DNA of 64,000 nt from an uncultured Phycisphaerales bacterium (GTDB lineage Bacteria; Planctomycetota; Phycisphaerae; Tepidisphaerales; Tepidisphaeraceae). Each line of letters starts with the position of its first letter. Within the stretch, counting starts at the first letter, position 1. The notes under the pieces are model-generated. The model worked only from the letters and a program-made list of their open reading frames with translations, was not told where the DNA came from and searched no databases. The stretch is taken from NCBI GenBank assembly GCA_963755915.1, contig CAVWLP010000002.1, positions 1,664,001 to 1,728,000 of the forward strand, in the 5' to 3' direction. The translations under genes and the position numbers were made by a program. This document shows, piece after piece, positions 1 to 8,122 of this stretch.

Positions 1-2
1 GC

Positions 3-239
3 GGGGCGGCGCAGCTTGCGGCGTATCAGCGGGAAATGCGCGGCGGGGAGGCGGGGATGACGGTGGGGGATATTGAGGAGGCGATTGCGGCGACGATCGA
101 GCGGCTGGCGACGAATATCACGGTGCATAATGCGCGGAACCAGCTTGCGGATTTGCCTACGGATTTAACGGTGATTTCTGTGGAACCGATTGTGCGGAGG
201 GTGGGGCGGCGGGGGGAGTATTTGGTGGAGGGGGCGTAG
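3..239 (+). CDS. C-terminal fragment of an AAA+ ATPase, probably ARC/Mpa-like (gene starts upstream of the window)
   Basis: Frame is open from the window edge: GAAQLAAYQREMRGGEAGMTVGDIEEAIAATIERLATNIT...VISVEPI..EGA*. This resembles the final helical part of ARC/Mpa-type ATPases, and it lies directly upstream of dop/pup/pafA-like genes. Walker motifs are outside the window. Confidence 0.5.
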   Translation, partial: GAAQLAAYQREMRGGEAGMTVGDIEEAIAATIERLATNITVHNARNQLADLPTDLTVISVEPIVRRVGRRGEYLVEGA

Positions 240-313
240 ATGGGGATGACACGGGAAGCGCTCCCCTTCGGGTCGCGGCTAAACAAGAAGGGGGTGTGCG
301 AATGGAGATTTTT

Positions 314-2005
314 ATGTCGGGAGAATTGGAAAGGGAGATTGCGAGCGATGGGGTGGTGCCGAAGCTTTGCGGGTCGGATGTGGAGCTGGGGAACTTTATC
401 ATTGAAAGCGGGGGGCGTGGGGGGAATGAAACTGCTCCGGAAGCGGCGGCGGCGCTGCTGGCGCAGGTCAGGGGGCATGCACGGACGGTGGTGCGGAAGG
501 AGGGTTATTTTGCGGTGGGGAGGGATTGGTATGAGGATGGATATGCGTCAACGTCGCCAGGCGGGGGGTATCGGCAGTATGCGCAGGATTTTGGGAGGAA
601 GTTTCTGCCGAAAAATGGGGGGTGTGTTTATATCGATTTGAATCACCTGGAGATTTGTACGGCGGAGTGTTTTAGTGCGCTTCAGCATCTGGCGGCGTCG
701 CGGGGGATGCTGCTGGTGGCGCGGGATGCGATGGTGCGGGCGAATGAATTGATGGGGGATCGGGCCGTCATCAAGGTGCTGGCGAACAATTCGGATGGAC
801 AGGGGCACAGCTATGGGTCGCACGTGAATTACCTGGTGACGCGGCGGTGCTTCAACAACATTTTGTTTCGGAAAATGCACTACCTTCAGTTTTTGGCGTC
901 GATGCAGGCTTCGGCGATTGTGCTCACCGGGGCGGGGAAGGTGGGGGCGGAGAATGGGGAGGGGGGGGTGAAGTATCAGATATCGGCGCGGGCGGATTTT
1001 ATCGAGACGACGATTTCGGAGGCGACGACGTATCGGAGGCCGCTGGTGAATGCGCGGGATGAATCGCTTTCCGGGCCGCGGGACGAGCGGGAGGGGGGAT
1101 TGGCGCGGCTGCATGTGATTATGTTTGACAATGTGCTGTGTCATCACGCGGCGCTGATGCGGGACACGATGATGCAGGTGGTGCTGGCGATGATCGAGCA
1201 GGGGCAGGTGCCGACGAAATTTTTACTGGATGAGCCGGTGACGGCGGTGCACGCGTGGAGCCGGGATCCGGGGCTGAAGGCGCGGGCGCGGCTGGTGGGG
1301 GGACGGGAGTTTACGGCGGTGGAATTTCTGGGGGCGATTTATGAGAAGGCGCGGAGGTTTGTGGATGCGGGGAGAGCGGCGGGGCTGGTGGCGGATGTGG
1401 AGCAGAATATGCGGGTGTGGGGAGAGTGCATGGAGAAGCTGCGCACGGGGGATATGGATTATTTGGCGGAGCGGATTGACTGGGTGGCGAAGATGCGGCT
1501 GCTGGAGCGGGCGCCGGCGAAGCATGGGTGGGAGGAGAGGCGGATGAAATATCTGGACAATTTGTGGTCGAGCCTGGATCCGGGGGAGGGGCTTTACTGG
1601 GGGCTGGAGAAGGCGGGGGGGGTGAAGCGAGTTGTGGAGGATGCGGCGGTGGAGCGGCTGGTGAATGAGCCGCCGGAGGAGACGCGGGCGTGGCTGCGGG
1701 CGTGGGTGCTGCGGAATGCGGCGTCAATGGTGGACGACGTGGACTGGGACATGGTGCGGCTGAGGTCGAGCCGGTTTGGGGATCGGGGGTGGCCGACGTA
1801 TCAGACGCTGCGGATGAACAATCCGTTTGGGTTTACGCGGGCGCGGTGCGAGGGGATTTTGCAATCGGCGGCGTCGCCAATGGAGGGGCTGAGGAGGTTG
1901 TTCAAAGAGATTGGGGAAGTGAATTCGGAAGAAAAATTGGATCGAGAAAGCTGGTCGGCCGGGGTGGTCCCGGATCGATCGGGCGAGTCGGAAAATTTTT
2001 CGTAA
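314..2005 (+). CDS. dop: Dop/PafA2-like depupylase/deamidase (Pup-ligase family)
   Basis: Motifs KLCGSDVELG, NGGCVYIDLNHLEICTAEC, NNSDGQGHSYGSHVNYLV, GAGKVG, YQISARADFIE, RPLVNARDE, RLHVI, IDWVAK, PPEETRAWLR, VDWD. A long W-containing N-terminal loop is typical of Dop rather than PafA. GGAG RBS precedes ATG 314. Confidence 0.8.
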   Translation: MSGELEREIASDGVVPKLCGSDVELGNFIIESGGRGGNETAPEAAAALLAQVRGHARTVVRKEGYFAVGRDWYEDGYASTSPGGGYRQYAQDFGRKFLPKNGGCVYIDLNHLEICTAECFSALQHLAASRGMLLVARDAMVRANELMGDRAVIKVLANNSDGQGHSYGSHVNYLVTRRCFNNILFRKMHYLQFLASMQASAIVLTGAGKVGAENGEGGVKYQISARADFIETTISEATTYRRPLVNARDESLSGPRDEREGGLARLHVIMFDNVLCHHAALMRDTMMQVVLAMIEQGQVPTKFLLDEPVTAVHAWSRDPGLKARARLVGGREFTAVEFLGAIYEKARRFVDAGRAAGLVADVEQNMRVWGECMEKLRTGDMDYLAERIDWVAKMRLLERAPAKHGWEERRMKYLDNLWSSLDPGEGLYWGLEKAGGVKRVVEDAAVERLVNEPPEETRAWLRAWVLRNAASMVDDVDWDMVRLRSSRFGDRGWPTYQTLRMNNPFGFTRARCEGILQSAASPMEGLRRLFKEIGEVNSEEKLDRESWSAGVVPDRSGESENFS

Positions 2006-2017
2006 AGGAGTTGTGTC

Positions 2018-2212
2018 ATGGATACGGAGATGATGGTTCGGGAAATTCATCGTGAGGCGAATGTGGTGCAGGGCGGGCCGGAGGGTGGGGATTCGCAGAC
2101 GGCGGAACAGTGTCAGCGGATGCTGAACGAGGCGGATGCGATGATCGATCAGGCGCTTTCGGGGGATGCGGAGGCGTTTTTGAACGCGAACCGGCAGCAG
2201 GGAGGAGAGTAA
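2018..2212 (+). CDS. pup: Pup-like small protein modifier (64 aa, C-terminal GGE)
   Basis: Acidic, with a low-complexity N-half. The C-half LNEADAMIDQALSGDAEAFLNANRQQGGE mirrors the Pup pattern (D.LLDEIDDVLEENAE.FV..YVQKGG[QE]). AAGGAG RBS; lies between the Dop- and PafA-like genes. Confidence 0.85.
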   Translation: MDTEMMVREIHREANVVQGGPEGGDSQTAEQCQRMLNEADAMIDQALSGDAEAFLNANRQQGGE

Positions 2213-2214
2213 CC

Positions 2215-3842
2215 ATGCGGCGCCTGATGGGAAATGAGAATGAGTATGCGTTTAATGCGACGGGCCCGAGGGGAGGCGCGGCAGACCGCACGCGCGCACT
2301 GCATGAGCTGAATGCGATTGCGGCGAAAGAGCATGCGTGTCTGCCTAGCCTGGGGGGGAGCGGGATTTTTATGGGGAATGGGAGCCGGTCTTACGTGGAT
2401 GCGGGGGAGCACCAGGAGATGTGTACGCCGGAGGTGGATAATCCGTGGGACCTGGTGCGGTATCTGCTGGCGGGGGAGAAGATTCTGTTTGACCTGGCGA
2501 AGAAGCTGGTGGATCGCCGGAAGGTGGGGAGCGCGAAGTTTTATAAGGTGAACGTGGATTATTCGGGGATGGGGACGACGTGGGGGGCGCATGAGAATTA
2601 CATGCACCGGGCGGATGTTTCGAAGCTGCCGAAGGATATGATTCCGTTTTTGATTTCGCGGGTGATTATCACGGGGGCGGGGGGATTCGATCCGACGTCG
2701 GCTGGGAGCTGCCGGTTTACGCTTTCGCCGCGGTCGTTTCACATCAACGCGAGCGTATCGAGCTGTTCGACGGGGGGGCGGGGGATTTATCACACCAAGA
2801 GCGAGTCGCTGTGCAACGGGGGATATCAGCGGTTGCACGTGCTGGTGGGGGAGAGCAACTGCTCGCAGCGGGTGACCTGGCTGAAGGGGGCGACGACGTC
2901 GATGGTGGTGGCGATGGCGGAGGCGGGGTTGAATCCGGGGGAGGGGATGGGGCTGCGATCGCCGGTGGATGCGTACCGGATTTTCGCGTCGGATCCGACA
3001 TGTAAAGAGACGGCGGCGACGGCGGGGGGCGGGCGGGTGAGCGCACTGCAGATTCAGCGGCATTATTGTGAGATGGCGCGGCGGGTGGCGGGGGAACCGT
3101 TTATGCCGGCGTGGGCGCCGGTGGCGGTGGCGGAGTGGGAGGCGATGCTGACGCGATTGGAGAATGCGCCGCAGAGCGTGGCGACTTGCCTGGACTGGGC
3201 CATTAAGCACAGCATCTTCGAGTCGCGGATTCAGCGGCGGGGATTTTCGTGGTGGCTGGTGAAGCAGTGGAACAATTTGATGGGGCTGCTGCGGGTGTGC
3301 GGCGATCTTACGGCGCAGACGGAGCCGAGGCCGCAACTGAACGCGAAATTTGTGCTCGATCCGCAGGGTCCGCTGAAGAACGTGGTGAAGGAGATGACGC
3401 CGATTCTGGCGGCGCGGGGGATGAGCTGGGAGCAGATGGAGGCATTTTTGCAATTGAGGCTGGAGCTTTTTGAGCTGGACATGCGGTTTGGGGAGCTGGG
3501 GCCGGGGGGGATTTTCAATGGGCTGGATGCGGCGGGGGTTTTGAACCATCGGGTGGCGGGGGTGGAGGAGATCGAGCGGGCGACGAGGGAGCCACCGGCG
3601 ACGGGGCGGGCGAAAGTGCGCGGGGAGGCGATCCGGCGGCTGCATGGCGAAGCGCGGCGGTATGGGTGCGACTGGGCGTATATCGTGGATACGCAGACGC
3701 GGGCGGCGCTGGATATGCGCAATCCGTTCACCGACAGCGAAAAGTGGGTGGCGCACCTCAGCGCACGGCGGAGTTCGCGGCGCTGGGGCTGGGCTGGCTG
3801 CATGATTTGCGGACGAATATTGCTGAGAGGTGCTCGACATGA
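2215..3842 (+). CDS. pafA: PafA-like Pup-protein ligase (apparent 1-bp frameshift near 3760-3775)
   Basis: MRRLMGNENEYAF, NGSRSYVDAGEHQEMCTPEV, TWGAHENYM, GAGG, RLHVLVGESN, SALQIQ, LDWAIK, PPATGRAKVRG, DW..., LDMRNPF. An alternative frame ends TAEFAALGLGWLHDLRTNIAERCST* with TGA overlapping the next ATG (ATGA 3839-3842). Confidence 0.85.
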
Positions 3843-4992
3843 TCGTGTTACCAAAATCACTTTTGAAGGAATTGCAGCAGCGGAAGGTGGGGGTGAGGGT
3901 TCTGGATGCCGACACGCTGATGCTGCGGCAGGTGCCGATCAGGGAGGATATGTTCAGCAAGGGGACGACGAATCTGCTGGTGAAGCGTCCGTCGCCGGGG
4001 AAGCCGTATTTGGCGCTGGTGGATGAGGGGCTGAACTATATCGGGGCGGACCGGGATAAGCGGACGGTGCTGCCGGGCGATTGCGTGCGGCAGGGGTGGC
4101 GGGCGCTTTCGCTGGATACGGCGGCGGATCGGGATATGGCTAGCGTGGTGCAGAATGCGCTCAAGATTCTGGGGTTTGATGGGGGGGAATTTTCGGGATT
4201 ACTGGAGAGGTTTGGGAAGAGGATTGAGGGGGAGGTTCGAGAGGTGGTGGGGAGGGAAGAGCAGATCAATGAGGTGATGGCGTGTTTGTGCCGACGCGAG
4301 GCGTGTATGGGGCTGATTGGGGGGGGAGCGGGGGCGGGGAAGAGTTGTTTGTTACGGGGGGTGGCGAAGAAGGTAAATGAGAGTCCGAATTTGGTGAGGA
4401 TTTTTTCGAGGCCCTCACCCCTGCCCTCTCCCGGAGTACCGGGAGAGGGGGTAAGAGCGGGGATGATCGAAGTGAATCTTCTGGAGCTGCTTTCATCCAC
4501 CAGCGATGAGGCGGCGATCCGGTGTTTGATGGAATTGATGGAGGAGGCGGTCCAGAGGCGCCGGTTTTGGCGATTGAGCAGATTGAAATTCTGCTGAACC
4601 AGGTTGCCAATGGGCACCTGGTTTTGAAGCAGGGGATCGACCGGGGGGCGAAGATCGTGGGGACGGCGATGCCGGAGGGGGTGAAGCTGGTGGGGATCGG
4701 GGATCTTTTGCGGCGGGTGCAGGTGGTTTCGCTTCCCGAGCTTGGGCGCGGCGCGGTGATGCAGATTCTCGCTAAGGCGCAGGAGGGATATGGGGTGGAG
4801 ATTCATGAAACGGTTGCGGCGGCGTGCATCAAGGCGGCGAGGGAATTGCCGGGGTGTTTTCCGGGGAAGGCGCTAAGCTTGCTCGATGCGGCGGTAAGTT
4901 TGGCGGTCGTCGGCGGGGCGAAGGTCGTGGCTGCGGATGATATCTATGCGGCGGCGGCGCGGTTCTGGCCGGCGCAACGGGAGAAAGAATGA
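3839..4992 (+). CDS. Fusion of an N-terminal ~115-aa domain (possibly prokaryotic E2/UBC-like) and a single ClpA/B-type NBD1 AAA+ module (frameshift near 4550)
   Basis: ORFs 3830-4597 and 4522-4992 join into GLLERFGK..VVGREEQINEV..LCRR..GGAGAGKS (Walker A)..LAIEQIE (degenerate Walker B)..IVGT..LLRRVQVVSLPE..FPGKALSLLDAA, which matches the Clp D1 layout. There is no second NBD. Confidence 0.7.
4412..4457 (+). repeat. REP-like palindromic element, family A, in-frame inside the Clp-like gene
   Basis: ccctcacccctg-ccctctcccgg-agta-ccgggagaggg-ggtaagag: 11-bp stem; translated as PSPLPSPGVPGEG. Confidence 0.85.
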
Positions 4993-5870
4993 CGGATTCG
5001 AAATGCGGCGGCAGACCAGAGTGTATCCTGGATGTGTGGGATCAATCGGCGCACGATGATGAAATTTGCGCGAACGCGATCGGGACGCTGATCGTGTCGC
5101 GGACGGAATTGCTGAAGGAATTTGATTCGCTGGCGGCGGTGGAGGTGTGTTTGCTGGAGAAGATTCAGGTGATGCCGGATTGCGTGGAAGCGCTGCCGTG
5201 GCTGCTGGCGCTGTCGCAGATCATGGTGAAGACGGGGCGGGCGGAGGCGGGCGAAATGTTTCGCAATCAGGCCATCGAAGTGATTGCGAAAAGCGGGTGG
5301 AACTCGGAACAGATCTCGGAGCACGCGGAGAACCTGCGGGAAATGATCCAGAGCGCGGGGTCGGAGGCGGCCGCGAACAGCGTCCGCCGGCGATTGCGGA
5401 CTCGGGCGCTGATGGGGGACGAGGATGAGGTGGCGTATTTTGAGCTTCGCGAGCTGGCGTTTGAGGCATATAGCGATGGGGCGTTTGCAGATGCGGAGGA
5501 GATCTATCGGCATCTGCTTTCAAAGGATTACGAGAAGCCGGCGACGTTGTGCCACCTGGCGCGGGTGCTGGTGGGATTGGGAAGGGATGGCGAGGCGATA
5601 GAGGCTGTGGAGCGGGCATATTCACTGCGCTCGGAGGCGGAGGGGTATGTGATTGCGAGGATTTATTATCTGCGGGCGCTGCTGGCAACGCTGGGTGGGA
5701 GAGAGGCCCAGGGGCATGTGTCGGATTTGAAGCTGGCGCTGCGGATTGCGGAGAATCGGACGGAGTGGCTGCTGGGGCCGATGCTGGATGCGGTGCGGGG
5801 GAGGATGGAGGGGGGCGCATATGCGCGGTTTGTGGAGTTGGGGGAGATGTTTCGGGATGCGGAGGAGTGA
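4989..5870 (+). CDS. TPR-containing protein
   Basis: ATGA overlap with the upstream gene; TPR-like helices (AFEAYSDGAFADAEEIYRHLL; TLCHLARVLVGLGRDGEAIEAVERAY). Confidence 0.7.
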   Translation: MTDSKCGGRPECILDVWDQSAHDDEICANAIGTLIVSRTELLKEFDSLAAVEVCLLEKIQVMPDCVEALPWLLALSQIMVKTGRAEAGEMFRNQAIEVIAKSGWNSEQISEHAENLREMIQSAGSEAAANSVRRRLRTRALMGDEDEVAYFELRELAFEAYSDGAFADAEEIYRHLLSKDYEKPATLCHLARVLVGLGRDGEAIEAVERAYSLRSEAEGYVIARIYYLRALLATLGGREAQGHVSDLKLALRIAENRTEWLLGPMLDAVRGRMEGGAYARFVELGEMFRDAEE

Positions 5871-5990
5871 GTGTGAGCCCCCAGCTTTTCGCTCATCCGG
5901 ATTACCTGACGGCCCGATTTGTTTGCAATGACTCGACGCTTCAAATCCTAAACGATACAAATCTCCATGAGCTGAAATCGGGTGCAGGCT

Positions 5991-7979
5991 ATGGATGTCA
6001 GACAGGCGATGCTGGTGGCAGCAGCGATGGAGCGAGCGGGAAATTTTGCCGAAGCCGAGAGATTTTACCGCCAAGTGCTGAGTCACCAACCTGCTCATCC
6101 ACAGGCGCTTCACCGGCTCGGAGTATTGGCCTCGTGTGCCGGGCGGCTGGATGCGGGAATCGATTACCTTCAACAGGCGATTGCGATTGAACCAGAAAAC
6201 GCCTATTTCCACAGTGATCTCGGGAATGCGCTCTGCGACAAGGATCGAATGGATGACGCGATTTCCGAATTCCGTTGCGCACTCAGGCTTAATCCGAATT
6301 ATGCCGAGGCGCACAACAATCTTGGAGTGGCCTTAAGGGCGAAAGGATTGCTGAGCGAAGCTATCGGCGAAATTCGTCAGGCGATTGGCCTTAACGAAAA
6401 ATACCCAGACGCGCTAAATAACCTGGGAATCGCTCTTCGTGACGCAGGTCGCGTCGATGAAGCCATAGCCGCGTATCGCAACGCACTGCAAATCCGACCT
6501 GCCTTTCCCGAGGCACACAACAATCTTGGTGTCGCGCTTCGCGATCGAGGCATAATCAATGAGTCGATCGCGGCCTTTCGAACGGCTATTCGCCTGCAGC
6601 CACGTTTCGCCGAGCCGTACGCAAATTTAGGCAACGCGTTGTGCGACTTGCGATCATTCGATGAGGCGATTGATGCCTATAACAAGTTTCTTCGACTTCA
6701 ACCTCAAAACGCCGCCGGCTACAGCAATTTGGGAAACGCCCTGCGCGGCAAAGGTGTGCCTGACGAAGCGATAGCCGCCTACCTGCAAGCGTTGAAATTA
6801 AATCCGCGTTTTGCGGAGGCGCATAGCAATCTTGGCAACGCGCTGCGTCAAAACGGATCGCTCCAGGAAGCTGTCGCCGCTCACCGTCGCGCGATCGAAT
6901 TGAAGCCGGCCTATGCGGATGGCTACTCGAATCTGGCTGACGCTTTGCACGATCTGGGTCAAATTGACGAAGCCGTTTCGGCTTACCGCCAGGCAATTCA
7001 ACTCAATTCGAACCTGGTCGAGGCCCACTATGGGCTGGCGAATTGCCTGTTGCTCCGCGGAGAATTCAACGAGGGGTGGATCGAGTACGAATGGCGCTGG
7101 CGATGGAAGGACTTTCCGTCACAGGCTCGTCAGTTTGCACGGCCGCGTTGGGACGGATCACCTTTAAACGGACGGAAGATTCTGCTGCACAGTGAACAGG
7201 GATTGGGCGATACGATCCAATTCGTGCGATATGCGCTGCTGATTGTTCAGCGAGGAGGGAAAATCGTCATTGAGTGCCAGCCGGAACTCCACCGGCTTCT
7301 TGAATCTCTACCGCTGCCATGCGAGATCGCCACCTTCGGTCAAACCCTCCCGTCATTCGACGTTTATTGTCCGTTACTCAGCCTACCCGCAATCATGGGA
7401 ACCAGCTTGTCCACAATTCCCGCAGTGGTGCCGTACCTGAGCTGCAATCCGCGATTGGTTGAGTTTTGGAAATCCACCATCGAATGTGCGGATGCCAGTA
7501 TCAAAGTTGGTTTGGCGTGGGCAGGTAATCCTCGGTTCAAGGGGGACCGATCGCGGTCGATGAAATTGGCCTCATTGGCTCCGCTGGCGAATGTAAGGGG
7601 TGTGAAGTTTTATAGCCTTCAGAAGGGAGAGGCCGGTAAACAAGCCAACGACCCGCCCGCCGGCCTGCACCTCGTGGACCTGGGCGCTCGACTAACTGAC
7701 TTTGCTGATACTGCGGCAGCAATCTCCTTGATGGATTTGGTGATCACCACGGATACCTCGGTCGCTCATTTGGCCGGGGCAATGGGCAAGCCGGTGTGGG
7801 TGATGCTCGAACTTGTGCCGAATTTTCGATGGCTCCTTGAGCGGACGGATAGCCCGTGGTATCCGACAATGCGATTGTTTCGGCAAAATATCGCGGGCGG
7901 TTGGAATGAGGTTATCGATCGTGTTAGCTCTGAATTAAGTATTTTCCGATCCGTGATTGGCGACGCTTCTGGACGTTGA
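5991..7979 (+). CDS. Multi-TPR protein with C-terminal glycosyltransferase family 9-like domain
   Basis: About 10 TPRs (AEAHNNLGVAL...), then GWIEYEWRW, WDGSPLNGRKILLHSEQGLGDTIQFVRY, GLAWAG, DFADTAA..DLVITTDTSVAHLAGAMG, SPWYPTMRLFRQ. Confidence 0.9.
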   Translation: MDVRQAMLVAAAMERAGNFAEAERFYRQVLSHQPAHPQALHRLGVLASCAGRLDAGIDYLQQAIAIEPENAYFHSDLGNALCDKDRMDDAISEFRCALRLNPNYAEAHNNLGVALRAKGLLSEAIGEIRQAIGLNEKYPDALNNLGIALRDAGRVDEAIAAYRNALQIRPAFPEAHNNLGVALRDRGIINESIAAFRTAIRLQPRFAEPYANLGNALCDLRSFDEAIDAYNKFLRLQPQNAAGYSNLGNALRGKGVPDEAIAAYLQALKLNPRFAEAHSNLGNALRQNGSLQEAVAAHRRAIELKPAYADGYSNLADALHDLGQIDEAVSAYRQAIQLNSNLVEAHYGLANCLLLRGEFNEGWIEYEWRWRWKDFPSQARQFARPRWDGSPLNGRKILLHSEQGLGDTIQFVRYALLIVQRGGKIVIECQPELHRLLESLPLPCEIATFGQTLPSFDVYCPLLSLPAIMGTSLSTIPAVVPYLSCNPRLVEFWKSTIECADASIKVGLAWAGNPRFKGDRSRSMKLASLAPLANVRGVKFYSLQKGEAGKQANDPPAGLHLVDLGARLTDFADTAAAISLMDLVITTDTSVAHLAGAMGKPVWVMLELVPNFRWLLERTDSPWYPTMRLFRQNIAGGWNEVIDRVSSELSIFRSVIGDASGR

Positions 7980-8047
7980 AAGGCCATTGGACGTGGTCTG
8001 CCGATGCTGCACTCGCCTAAGAACAGGAGAGAAAGACCTCGCCCTTG

Positions 8048-8107
8048 CCCTCACCCCAACCCTCTGCCTGAGGGCTGCGCCCCGCGTACTGGGAGAGGGG
8101 GTAAGAG
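8048..8107 (+). repeat. Degenerate family A palindromic element between convergent genes
   Basis: ccctcaccccaaccctct...gtactgggagagggggtaagag. Confidence 0.7.
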
Positions 8108-8122
8108 GCGAATAGCTGGGAG

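Noticed and set aside
2018-2212. Calling the tag UBact or a ubiquitin/ThiS-fold protein
   Set aside because: It ends GGE rather than R[ST]G[EQ] or GG, looks disordered/helical rather than beta-grasp, and has no E1 nearby.
2149-3960. Long antisense ORFs (also 8291-9652, 28090-29478, 31170-33263, 43781-45664, 46181-47536, 52761-54107)
   Set aside because: Shadow frames of high-GC genes; R/P/H-rich with no motifs, opposite well-supported CDSs.
3770-4026. Long C-terminal extension of PafA as given in the ORF track
   Set aside because: It overlaps the next gene by about 190 bp; an alternative frame gives a clean ATGA-coupled stop at 3842.
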